NCBI GenBank assembly: GCA_965230975.1
Contig: OZ246402.1
Span: 309,304 to 373,303, forward strand
DNA length: 64,000 nucleotides
From: an uncultured Candidatus Saccharibacteria bacterium
GTDB taxonomy: Bacteria; Patescibacteriota; Dojkabacteria; J137
Direction of reading: 5' to 3'
Shown here: piece after piece, positions 19,485 through 28,692 of the stretch
Layout: each line of letters starts with the position of its first letter
How positions within the stretch are numbered: the stretch's first letter is position 1
Notes under the pieces: generated by a model
The model's input: the letters and a program-made list of their open reading frames with translations, nothing else
What the model was told of the DNA's origin: nothing
The model's database searches: none
Program-made: the position numbers and the translations under genes

Positions 19485-20330
19485 TTAAGTATTAATTTTG
19501 TTTTGAAGTTTTTTTATTGATCTATTAATAAAATAGAAGATAGGGCTTTTTATATTTAATTTTTCTTTAATAAATGGCATATTTTCAATAGTCTTGTTAT
19601 AAGCATTATCAATAAGTTCTGGAAATTTATCGTAAGAAAACGGCCCAGCATCTAACCCTAAATTATCTATATGAATATCTAATGGGTGTGCCAAAGAATC
19701 CACGGCTCTATAATTTTCTGCAGCAATTAAAATAGGATCTAAAAATCTAGATAAAAGGCTGGTATGATTTTCAAGGGAATGCATTTTGCCGGCTGATAGG
19801 CCCATAACAACGTCTGCACCCTTACGTCTTAAAAAATCTGCACCATATCCAGCCGTAATGTCTCCATCAATATAATATTGACCTTCAATTTCTATTGGTG
19901 GCATGTAAAATGGGAACGCACAGGTTGCCATAATCAATGGTTTAAGTAATCCTTTTTCAAATATTTCAACTCTTCTGGTATTTAAATTAGTTGCTTGAAT
20001 ATATACAGGTATTTTCAAATCCTCAAGTTTAATATCTTTTAATATAGGCTCTATTTCAATTTCTGCTTTATGTATTCCTAATAGAGTTAATTCTTTTAAA
20101 GATTCTAAAGAGATCATATTTTTTAGTTGAAACCTACTTATAATCTCTATTATCTCTTTCTCAGGTAAGTTCATTCCATAAAGCACACCAATATTTGCAC
20201 CCATGCTAGATCCAATAATGTAATCAATCTGAATGTCTTCTTCTCTTAGTGCTTTAAATACGCCAACATAACCAGTAGCTCTGCCGGCACCACCTCTTAA
20301 CGAAAGTCCTAACTTTTTTTGATTTCGCAT
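19485..20330 (-). CDS. Patatin-like phospholipase (RssA-like)
   Basis: Oxyanion 'LRGGAGRATG', nucleophile elbow 'GSSMG', and catalytic Asp in 'IDGDITAGYG'. Confidence 0.8.
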   Translation of the reverse strand: MRNQKKLGLSLRGGAGRATGYVGVFKALREEDIQIDYIIGSSMGANIGVLYGMNLPEKEIIEIISRFQLKNMISLESLKELTLLGIHKAEIEIEPILKDIKLEDLKIPVYIQATNLNTRRVEIFEKGLLKPLIMATCAFPFYMPPIEIEGQYYIDGDITAGYGADFLRRKGADVVMGLSAGKMHSLENHTSLLSRFLDPILIAAENYRAVDSLAHPLDIHIDNLGLDAGPFSYDKFPELIDNAYNKTIENMPFIKEKLNIKSPIFYFINRSIKKLQNKINT

Positions 20331-20399
20331 AAAATAATCGAGAGTATTATTCTAATTTACCCGAAGTAGAGAATGAGTTCAATGATTTTGTTATGAAGA

Positions 20400-22424
20400 T
20401 TACCAACCTCCACTAGATCCACCTCCGCCACCTCCTCCAGAGAAGCCTCCAAAAGATCCACCTCCACCACTCCAACCAGAGCCTGAAGATGATTGAGTAG
20501 GGAAATTGAATGCTGTTGTAGTGGTTGTTGTAAAACTTCTTGCAAAAGAGCTAAAAAAGTAAGCATTGTAAATTGCATTTACATTAGACCCTTCATACCA
20601 ATCAGGTGCCTTGTCGTACAAACCTTCAAACTTTTTTGCCCACTCATCCTCAATTTTAAAAACAATTGCGTAAGATAAGTATTTTTCAAACTCTTCTGGC
20701 CCTAAGTTTTGTAATCTGAATCTTTCTGCAGTATGCAAATACATTTTAAAGCCCAAAATCTTTGCATACACTTGGCTACCAATTTCGGTTTTCGCAGGCA
20801 TAAATTTAGCAAAAATAGCTAATGCTAATCCTAATATTGCAAAGGGTAGAGCAATAGTAAACACGGTAAAGTAACCCAATAACTCTGTTAATATTCCACT
20901 TAAAATAAAAAGCCCAACTACAGAAAAAGCTAATAAAAATATTCCAAAGCCTACGTATTTTGCAATTGTACTTTGTGGTGACTCTTTAAAGTAGCCCTTA
21001 GTAACCATCTCTTTATAAATAGAAGATACAATTGCATTGTATTTATAAGGAAAAGTCTTAATCATCTCTTTTGTTGTAGTAGACTCTTTCCCGTTAAAAA
21101 TAGCTTGTAAAATATCTCCTTCAATTTTATCTAGACCATCTTTTTTATCTGTCCTAATCAATTCGTATTCTTTTTGTCCAACTGTTATCCCTAAAACTTT
21201 TTCCTGTTCTTTATCTTTAATTTTTAAATAACCTCTATAAGCTAAGTCAATAATTGTACCAGCAATATCTTCTTTATCTACACTTTCATCTTTTAAAGAA
21301 CCAAGTAAATAAGGCCTAACTCCTTCAGGTGGTGTAAATTCTGGGATTATTGTCTTTGGCATATTTATATCTTTACCTCGTTTTCTTAAATGTCTATAAG
21401 CCAGAATAATAAATAAAGGAATAAAGAAAATTCCAAGTGCAAAGAATATTTGGTTAGCTTTATCTATCAGAGATAGTAAAAAAGATTGTTCCAAGTTATA
21501 GCTTCTATCAATTGATTCGCTTTCTTTTATACTAAACTTTTCTGTTATAGTGTTAAACCCAGTCCTAGCAATTTCCAATGTATGATCTCCTGGGGTTATA
21601 CCTCTTAAAGTGCCGCTCGTAGAATTTTGAGCAACCAAATACCCATCTAGGTATAAATTCCCTCCTAGTGGGGGATTGGTAATTTGATAATTCATTTTTC
21701 CTGGTAATTTAACCTCACCTTTCTGAAAAGGATAAGTTAAAGTTATTGCTCCATAAGAAGCTAAATTTTTTAAATTCAGTGTAAGCGTATCAGATTTGGC
21801 ACCACTAATAAGAATATCTGTAAATGGCAAAGAAGTTAGTACTTGAAGATTATCCTCATTAACTTTCACCCCATCTGGAAAAGTTATGTTAATTTTAGAT
21901 GTTTGAGTTACCCCACCTCTATCTTCTGGTAATAAATCCCAATAAAAATATGGGCGATTCTCAACTTCTTGTATTCCGCCAAACACAACATAATTAATTA
22001 TCCACCCAACTTTATAGTTGCTTACATCTTTCCCATCGGGAAAGATTTCCCACTCAACTCGATAATAAGTGCTACCGTTTTTTTCAGTGGTATAAAAATT
22101 TAGATCATCAAATGGAATTTGGGAACCATCAAATTTTGTAACATTTGTAACTTCTATATGGTCAAACCCTCCGCAGGTTAAGCCTTGTTCTTCGCAAATT
22201 GCCAAACTAGCACTATCTACCAATGTGATATCTCTTCTTAAACCATGGAATTCTCCGTTGAATGTGTATTCTGCTGTTTCAGTGACATTAAAAGTGGAGT
22301 CTTTATTGATTGTAATATCTACATTTTGGGATATTGCCTGTTGAGTAAGTGCAAATGTCTTGTTAGGAAAATATATAAACAAAAATCCAATAATTAGGAA
22401 TGTAAATGTAACTAAGTTTTTCAT
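20400..22424 (-). CDS. DUF2207-like membrane protein (signal peptide, ~300-aa ectodomain, TM, cytoplasmic loop, further TMs, Gly-rich C-terminal tail)
   Basis: 674 aa. The architecture and the terminal 'SGSGWSGGGGSFGGFSGGGGGGGSSGGW' tail are typical of DUF2207-family predicted membrane proteins. Confidence 0.55.
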   Translation of the reverse strand: MKNLVTFTFLIIGFLFIYFPNKTFALTQQAISQNVDITINKDSTFNVTETAEYTFNGEFHGLRRDITLVDSASLAICEEQGLTCGGFDHIEVTNVTKFDGSQIPFDDLNFYTTEKNGSTYYRVEWEIFPDGKDVSNYKVGWIINYVVFGGIQEVENRPYFYWDLLPEDRGGVTQTSKINITFPDGVKVNEDNLQVLTSLPFTDILISGAKSDTLTLNLKNLASYGAITLTYPFQKGEVKLPGKMNYQITNPPLGGNLYLDGYLVAQNSTSGTLRGITPGDHTLEIARTGFNTITEKFSIKESESIDRSYNLEQSFLLSLIDKANQIFFALGIFFIPLFIILAYRHLRKRGKDINMPKTIIPEFTPPEGVRPYLLGSLKDESVDKEDIAGTIIDLAYRGYLKIKDKEQEKVLGITVGQKEYELIRTDKKDGLDKIEGDILQAIFNGKESTTTKEMIKTFPYKYNAIVSSIYKEMVTKGYFKESPQSTIAKYVGFGIFLLAFSVVGLFILSGILTELLGYFTVFTIALPFAILGLALAIFAKFMPAKTEIGSQVYAKILGFKMYLHTAERFRLQNLGPEEFEKYLSYAIVFKIEDEWAKKFEGLYDKAPDWYEGSNVNAIYNAYFFSSFARSFTTTTTTAFNFPTQSSSGSGWSGGGGSFGGFSGGGGGGGSSGGW

Positions 22425-22606
22425 ATTTTGATATTTAAATTACAATCATTTTACCCCTTTTAGTTTATCAAACAAAGTTATTTGTATTGTGAAAATTGGA
22501 TTGCTAGGACTGGCAGTTACTAAAAAAAATGATATAATCCTATCGCATTTAATAAGTTGGGGTAATTTAATAGGAATTTTAATTACACTAACTTAAAACT
22601 ACAAAT

Positions 22607-22691
22607 GCCGAGGTGGTGGAATTGGTAGACACCCTAGTCTTAGGAACTAGTTCCCGTCAAGGGAGTGCAGGTTCGAGTCCTGTCCTCGGTA
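22607..22691 (+). tRNA. tRNA-Leu (anticodon UAG), class II with a long variable arm
   Basis: The 7-bp acceptor stem GCCGAGG pairs with CCTCGGT. D-arm GGAATTGGTAGA. Anticodon stem CTAGT/ACTAG with loop CTTAGGA. Extra arm TTCCCGTCAAGGGAGT. T-arm GCAGGTTCGAGTCCTGT. Discriminator A. Confidence 0.85.
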
Positions 22692-22712
22692 TGTTAATTT
22701 AAAATTCTTTCC

Positions 22713-24110
22713 ATGAAACTTATAAATACCATTCAAGATTCTTATTATGGAGTTGTTTCCTACATATATCAATTCCCCTCTGGCTTAAGAGTATTTCACG
22801 CAATTAATAAAAATACAGTAGATTTTAAACTAAGTATAAACTTTAAAGCAGGCATGCTTTTAGAAGATCAAATAAATGTACCTAGGGGTACAGCACATTT
22901 TCTAGAGCATCTATTAGTATATGCGTCTAATAAAACATTTGACAGTAGGACTGAAATGGATAAGTTTAGTTTTGGTAATAGTAAAAGACCTGCGTTTTGG
23001 TTTAACGCATCTTCAGGTTACAGATTTATTACTTTTGATGCGATTGGACACAATAAAGGTGCTGATAGAATGTTTACATTGTTAAACGCTCAGTTAGACT
23101 ACGATTTAGAAAAGTTATTTGAGGCCAGTGAAATAGAGAAGCAAAGATCAATCATTATTAGCGAATTAAAGCGAAAACCAAGAGAGGACATGGACCCAGG
23201 TTTGCTGTACGACAAATTGTTCATGAATAGCAGTAACCCTCTTTTTGCACAACGATCTATAGGAACTCTTGAAAGTGTTAGTTCAATTACAAAAGATCAC
23301 TTAAGTCTTTTCTTGCAAACATTTTTTAGTGTAAATAATGTGGTGGTGGGAATAGAGTCAAATTCAAAGTTGACAAAGAATCTTAAAGATAAATTACAAA
23401 AGCTAGATAATACCTTTTCTAGTTATAAAAATTCATTTAAGACCGATTATAAATTTAAGCCACTAGATTTTGATTTTAGATATGGACATTTTAAAGATAT
23501 TCATAAACAAGATGTTTTTTGTAGCTTTAATTTATTCCACGATACCGATCCAACAAAAGAAGTTGATTATAAAAAGAATGCACAAAGATTTATGGTTTTG
23601 GATTTAGTTGGAAGAGTAATGAATGAATATTTAAGAGAGCAAAAGATGTTAATTTATGGCGCAAAAACATTTAATCAGTTGCTATTTCCGGGTGTTTTAA
23701 ATAAAGGTTTTAATTTTAATGTTCCTGCAGAAAAGTTGCTTGAAACCTTTGATGCTATTGAGTATGTAATAACAAAATATGCAAAAGAATTTATAAACTC
23801 TTCTAGCGGAGAGGAATTTTTTGAAAGCATGAAAAGTAAATATATTTTCAAAAGAGATACTTTGTTACCAGATACCTACACAGAAGATAGAGCATGTGAT
23901 ATTTTGAATGGCTATTTTATGAATAATGATCAAGATTTGTTTGAGAAGGAGATTCTTAAAATGACAAAAAGTGATTTGATTAAATCATTTGAAAGCCACT
24001 TTAAATTACCAAGTGGAATTTGGCTAGTATCTTCTTTAGAAGACAGTGAAGTCTTAAAGATATTTGAGACTTCTAAGCTTTATTCTTTTCTTAAAAATAG
24101 AAAGCATTAG
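22713..24110 (+). CDS. M16-family (insulinase/pitrilysin-like) zinc peptidase
   Basis: Inverted zinc-binding motif HxxEH in 'GTAHFLEHLL' near the N-terminus. The size (465 aa) fits M16. Confidence 0.6.
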   Translation: MKLINTIQDSYYGVVSYIYQFPSGLRVFHAINKNTVDFKLSINFKAGMLLEDQINVPRGTAHFLEHLLVYASNKTFDSRTEMDKFSFGNSKRPAFWFNASSGYRFITFDAIGHNKGADRMFTLLNAQLDYDLEKLFEASEIEKQRSIIISELKRKPREDMDPGLLYDKLFMNSSNPLFAQRSIGTLESVSSITKDHLSLFLQTFFSVNNVVVGIESNSKLTKNLKDKLQKLDNTFSSYKNSFKTDYKFKPLDFDFRYGHFKDIHKQDVFCSFNLFHDTDPTKEVDYKKNAQRFMVLDLVGRVMNEYLREQKMLIYGAKTFNQLLFPGVLNKGFNFNVPAEKLLETFDAIEYVITKYAKEFINSSSGEEFFESMKSKYIFKRDTLLPDTYTEDRACDILNGYFMNNDQDLFEKEILKMTKSDLIKSFESHFKLPSGIWLVSSLEDSEVLKIFETSKLYSFLKNRKH

Positions 24111-24466
24111 CTATCTAAATCTTTATTCTCAGAAATTAATTTAATCTCCATTATTTGCTTTCGAATATCTTTTAAAGATACTTCTACAGCTCTTAATCTA
24201 GAAGCTACTTTATAATCTCTTGGGTCAGAACCCAAAAAGTAGGTAATTGGTTTTTTAAATAAATCTGCTAACTGCATTAATTTATCAATAGGGGGTGCAA
24301 TTCTTCCAGATTCGTATCCGCTAATAGTTTTATCAGTTACACCCAAAGAAACTCCCACTTGTAACTGCGATAGTCTTGCTTCGTCACGGGCATTTCTAAT
24401 TCGCTTTCCAATCTCTTTAATCATCAAAGCGCGCTTTTGTTGTTCTTGCAGTAATATATCTGACAT
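24107..24466 (-). CDS. XRE-family helix-turn-helix transcriptional regulator
   Basis: 'IGKRIRNARDEARLSQLQVGVSLGVTDKTISGYESG' is a canonical Cro/C1-type HTH. Confidence 0.75.
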   Translation of the reverse strand: MSDILLQEQQKRALMIKEIGKRIRNARDEARLSQLQVGVSLGVTDKTISGYESGRIAPPIDKLMQLADLFKKPITYFLGSDPRDYKVASRLRAVEVSLKDIRKQIMEIKLISENKDLDS

Positions 24467-24542
24467 ACTTGGATTCTATCAAAAATAGAGTTAATTTAAA
24501 ATCTAAATCGAGTATAATCACCTAGAATTATTCGAATGAAAT

Positions 24543-25349
24543 ATGAATCAATACGAGCCTAACAAAATTTATACAGATGAATTTGGCCGTCCAAGTGGTA
24601 TTTTTTTAGTAGATAAACCAATTGGCAAAACTTCTCATGATATGGTTTATGAATATAGAAGAAAGCTTCAAACTAAAAAAGTTGGTCATGCTGGTGCATT
24701 AGATCCTTTTGCATCTGGATTATTGATTATTCTTGCAGGTAAAGCTTTAAAGCTTTCAGAATCTTTTTTAACTTTGCCAAAAGAATACGAAGCAGATGTG
24801 GCTATAGGTTTTAGGACAGACACTCTAGATACAGAAGGTAAGATAGTTGAGAGTAGTAAGTTACAAGATTTAACTTCTTCTGAAGAAGATATTAAGAATG
24901 CATTGCAATCTTTTACGCCAGGCTATTTGCAAGATGTACCTATATATAGTTCTGTAAAAGTTCAGGGTGACAAATTAAGAGAGCTTGTTAGAAAATCAGA
25001 TGATCATAAGATTATTAAACAAGAAGATGGTTTTTCAAAAGTTCAGTTTCTTAGGCAAGGTGAGGTTTGGAAGGAGATTAATATTCCACAAAAAGAGGTT
25101 AAGATTTACGGATTAGATATTTTAGAGCTTAAGAAGGTAAGTGTTAAAGATTACAATTTTGATAATCATTTTAAAGAGGAGCTTCAAAATAATAATATTA
25201 CTGAATTTTATTCCTTAAAAATTAGAGCCCACGTTTCTAAAGGCACATATATAAGAAAGCTAGCAGAGGACATTGGTGAAAAGCTAGAAGTGCCTGGAAT
25301 GCTTGTTGGGTTGAGAAGAACGAAGGTAGGGGAGTATGAGCTTTCATAA
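24543..25349 (+). CDS. truB: tRNA pseudouridine(55) synthase TruB
   Basis: 'FLVDKPIGKTSHDMV...VGHAGALDPFASGLLIILAG' contains the catalytic Asp motif. Confidence 0.85.
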   Translation: MNQYEPNKIYTDEFGRPSGIFLVDKPIGKTSHDMVYEYRRKLQTKKVGHAGALDPFASGLLIILAGKALKLSESFLTLPKEYEADVAIGFRTDTLDTEGKIVESSKLQDLTSSEEDIKNALQSFTPGYLQDVPIYSSVKVQGDKLRELVRKSDDHKIIKQEDGFSKVQFLRQGEVWKEINIPQKEVKIYGLDILELKKVSVKDYNFDNHFKEELQNNNITEFYSLKIRAHVSKGTYIRKLAEDIGEKLEVPGMLVGLRRTKVGEYELS

Positions 25350-25411
25350 CTATTTTTCATTGTCTTCACAATATCATTGATCTCATTTACTAAGATGTAT
25401 AGAATATCTTA

Positions 25412-26131
25412 ATGACTGATTATTTAAATCCATATTTTTTAGGAAGTTTATATTTTCTGTGTGTTTGGCTAGTAATTCTCTTTCTAAATAAGAATGATAG
25501 AAAAGAGCAATTTTTAATGAGCTTGGCAGGTGCTTTGTTGGGTCCTTTCGTTCAAATAATGCATTTGACTGATTGGTGGGCTCCTAAGTTCTTATTCGCT
25601 AATAATCCTCACATTGAAGATATTATTTTCGGTTTTGCCGTAGGAGGAATTGTAGCTGTTGCTTATAATGTTTTTTTTGTTAAAAAGTATGCACATACTA
25701 GAAATAGTCAGAATCCATCTCACTACTATATTATATTGTTGGTAATTTTAAGTATGTTCGCATTGTTTGGATTATTTTATTTTTTTAATATACATTCATT
25801 CTGGTCAAGCATCATTTCTTGTTCAATAATGTTCTTATTTGTAGCAATCAAAAGACATGATTTAATTGTGACTATGTTTGTTAGCGGAATTATAATTATG
25901 ATTCTAGCTTGGCCTGCATATATTATCGGACTCCAGATGAATCCAAACTGGATAGAATCTGAGTGGGCACTAACACAATTGTCAGGTTTAAGATTCTTTG
26001 AAATACCAGTAGAGGAATTTATATGGTTTTTCTTTGTCGGATTGGGTGCATCCGCGATTTATGAATTAGTATTTAGTATTAGATACGTCTACCGAAATTC
26101 GACTAAATATAATAAGTCACATAAAAGTTGA
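25412..26131 (+). CDS. Hypothetical polytopic membrane protein (6-7 TM)
   Basis: 239 aa with multiple hydrophobic helices. No family recognised. Confidence 0.5.
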   Translation: MTDYLNPYFLGSLYFLCVWLVILFLNKNDRKEQFLMSLAGALLGPFVQIMHLTDWWAPKFLFANNPHIEDIIFGFAVGGIVAVAYNVFFVKKYAHTRNSQNPSHYYIILLVILSMFALFGLFYFFNIHSFWSSIISCSIMFLFVAIKRHDLIVTMFVSGIIIMILAWPAYIIGLQMNPNWIESEWALTQLSGLRFFEIPVEEFIWFFFVGLGASAIYELVFSIRYVYRNSTKYNKSHKS

Positions 26132-26193
26132 AAAATTATATGAATATAACAATTAACTAACAAAGAAGAACCGTACCCAACTTTAGTCCACCG

Positions 26194-27288
26194 GTGTATA
26201 CTATTAATATGAATAAAAAAGTAATAAACATATTAATAGTAGTTGTCTTAATAATAATAGTTTCTGTAGGTATTCTTTTTGCACTTGATAAAGTCACTGG
26301 TTCTAATACCTTTGAATCAATTCAAAAAGCAATTGATAATCTACAACCAAAACCTCAAGAACCTGAAGAAGTCGTAGATACAACACCTTTAGAAATCTCT
26401 TTTGAAACTAAAGAGGCAATAATTTACGAGCCAACTACTGCAATAACTTTAAGCGCAAATAAAGAGATAGAAGTAGAAGATACTAATAAATACAATCTTG
26501 TATTAACCCAATTAGGTCAAACAGATGAAGGAAAGAAATACTATCTATATGCCCTAGAAATCAAAAATATAGGGATAGGGGAGGCTAATTTAGCAATAAA
26601 AATTCAAGATAAGGCCGGTAATAAAAGTGTGGTAGGAGTTTTAATCACAAGAGAAGACTTTACTATGCCATTTGGATTAAAAAACATATCGAAGTGGGAA
26701 AATAGCTCCTACACTGCTGACGGTGATTCACTAAACGCAAAAGTAAATAAAGAATATAAACTGATTGATGATTACGCTCCAGCAGATTTAAAAAACTTAA
26801 ACCAAGATTATTTACTATATACAAACACAGGTAGCATAATGCTAAGACAAGAAGCGGCAGATTATTTAAAAGCTATGTTAGAAGCAGTAAAAAAAGAAAC
26901 AGGAAAAAACATAGTAATAGCATCTGGTTACAGATCTTACTCAGAGCAATTTAGTTTATATGTAAATTGGGTAAGGCAGCTAGGGCAAGATGAAGCCGAT
27001 AAAGTTTCTGCTCGTCCAGGGTTTTCAGAACATCAACTTGGGACTGTAGTAGACTTTATAGAACAAGAGAGCGGTTTGTCATTAACAAATGCATTTGATC
27101 AATCAACAGCAGGAAGGTGGCTTTTGGAAAACGCATATAAATATGGATATGTTCAATCTTACCCCGAAGGTAAAGAGGGGACAACAGGCTATTCTCACGA
27201 AGCTTGGCACTGGAGATATATAGGTATAGATAATGCAAAATCACTTAAAGAAAGTGGGCTGACATTAAAAGAGTGGTTAGATAAATAA
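26194..27288 (+). CDS. Membrane-anchored M15-family (VanY-like) D-Ala-D-Ala carboxypeptidase
   Basis: N-terminal TM. The C-terminal domain carries 'SEHQLGTVVDF' (SxHxxGxAxD) and 'HEAWHWRY' (ExxH) zinc-ligand motifs. Confidence 0.75.
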   Translation: MYTINMNKKVINILIVVVLIIIVSVGILFALDKVTGSNTFESIQKAIDNLQPKPQEPEEVVDTTPLEISFETKEAIIYEPTTAITLSANKEIEVEDTNKYNLVLTQLGQTDEGKKYYLYALEIKNIGIGEANLAIKIQDKAGNKSVVGVLITREDFTMPFGLKNISKWENSSYTADGDSLNAKVNKEYKLIDDYAPADLKNLNQDYLLYTNTGSIMLRQEAADYLKAMLEAVKKETGKNIVIASGYRSYSEQFSLYVNWVRQLGQDEADKVSARPGFSEHQLGTVVDFIEQESGLSLTNAFDQSTAGRWLLENAYKYGYVQSYPEGKEGTTGYSHEAWHWRYIGIDNAKSLKESGLTLKEWLDK

Positions 27289-27296
27289 TAAAAAGT

Positions 27297-28034
27297 TTAC
27301 TCCCACACAACACAGTTAGTCTTGACGTTAAGAATATCAGTAGCAATCAGTAATATTTTTTCCTGACTCCATATATCATACAATTCTATTCTTTCATTTC
27401 CAGAAATTAGCCCTTTGCTCAACAATAATAAAATATCTTTTTGAAGTTCGTTAATATAGGCATTAAAATAGGTTTGCAAAGCTTTGTTCATAATATCTTC
27501 GTAAATGGTCTCGTCTACTCCCATCATTATTGCTATTGGTTTCCCAATAAGCCAGGCTTCTAATTCTGTCCTCCAGATTAAGTTTACTCTTTTCAAAAAC
27601 TTATAAAATCTTTCAATATAGTATTCATTCGTACCGAACGATGCATCAACTTGATAAGATGCAAGTCCCTTAGGATCAGAGGGATTATTTAAATGCCCTA
27701 GTTCATGAGCCAAGTATATTGCTCCTTTTGGGTCTTGCAATAAAAAGGGGATGCTAACTTCTACAGTCGTTCCAAATGCCGTAAACATACCGTACTCGGT
27801 TTTATTTGTGGTGTAGAAGTACCCATTTTCCGGTAAGAATTCGTTTAAGAGTATGCCATTGGAAGTATAGATCTGATATTTATAAATTATATATCCTGAA
27901 TAATCCCTAGTCTCTACAAGTTGAATTTTAAAAGAAGTCAATTTTTCTGGAACTTCATCTATCTCGTTAAGTAGAGTTTTTGTAAGTCCAACAGTTGTAT
28001 CCATAAAGTAAGTAAATTTTAGCATATAATTCAA
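27297..28034 (-). CDS. Hypothetical zincin-like protein with an HEXXH motif
   Basis: '[12 protein letters not shown]'. 245 aa, no TM. Family unknown. Confidence 0.45.
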   Translation of the reverse strand: MNYMLKFTYFMDTTVGLTKTLLNEIDEVPEKLTSFKIQLVETRDYSGYIIYKYQIYTSNGILLNEFLPENGYFYTTNKTEYGMFTAFGTTVEVSIPFLLQDPKGAIYLAHELGHLNNPSDPKGLASYQVDASFGTNEYYIERFYKFLKRVNLIWRTELEAWLIGKPIAIMMGVDETIYEDIMNKALQTYFNAYINELQKDILLLLSKGLISGNERIELYDIWSQEKILLIATDILNVKTNCVVWE

Positions 28035-28124
28035 AACTGCAAGGTTTTAAACCAATCTATTAAAAGAAACTCTGAAAGGTTTCCAGAAGACTTTATGTTC
28101 CAACTTACTCAAAAAGAGTTTTCA

Positions 28125-28155
28125 AACTTGAGGTCACAAATTGTGACCTCAAGTT
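28125..28155. promoter_or_regulatory. 31-bp near-perfect palindrome (15-bp arms) in a divergent intergenic region; candidate operator or strong hairpin
   Basis: aacttgaggtcacaa-a-ttgtgacctcaagtt, with 15 of 15 arm positions complementary. Confidence 0.3.
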
Positions 28156-28269
28156 CTATAAATTATGGCGGTACACGTTTCCTTCCTTTTGGATTCACCG
28201 AACAGGGTGTTGCAATGCTATCAAGTATCTTAAAAAAGTAAACGTGCAATAGAAGTTAATATCTCTATC

Positions 28270-28479
28270 ATGAGAACATTTGTTCAATTTAGAAAATATC
28301 TTTTAGAACATCAGGATTTAGAGCAAAAACTTATCGAATTAGAATCAGATATAAAGCAAAAATTTTTTGCCCAAGATAAGCAAATATCAGATATATTCAA
28401 GCTTATAACACATATGCTTAAAGAGAATGAAGATCAAAATCAAAAGAAAATTGGATTTGATGTCAGCACAAAGATGTGA
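28270..28479 (+). CDS. Small hypothetical protein (possible coiled coil)
   Basis: A 69-aa ORF is the only ORF in a 660-nt gap. Coding status is uncertain. Confidence 0.3.
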   Translation: MRTFVQFRKYLLEHQDLEQKLIELESDIKQKFFAQDKQISDIFKLITHMLKENEDQNQKKIGFDVSTKM

Positions 28480-28636
28480 AATCTAATTATTTTATGTGTA
28501 ATAGCCTTGTCCTGCTTTAGGGATAATGCTATAATTCTTCGCTTTACCCGAAATAAAAATTGTTAAAAAACATTTGCAGTAAAGCAGTTTTTAACATATA
28601 ATACCGACTTAGCTAAACTCAAATAAACGCTTAAGT

Positions 28637-28664
28637 TTGTAATATCGTTATAGTAAAATATAAT
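28637..28664 (+). promoter_or_regulatory. Candidate sigma70-type promoter for tuf (and the S10-spc cluster)
   Basis: TTGTAA (28637-28642), a 16-nt spacer, then TATAAT (28659-28664). This lies about 29 nt upstream of the tuf ATG. Confidence 0.35.
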
Positions 28665-28692
28665 TCAATAATTTATTTTTTAAACTAAAACT

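Noticed and set aside
20357-20678. Small ORFs on both strands over the Gly-rich tail of the DUF2207-like gene
   Set aside because: The low-complexity GGT/GGA repeats generate spurious frames. No independent support.
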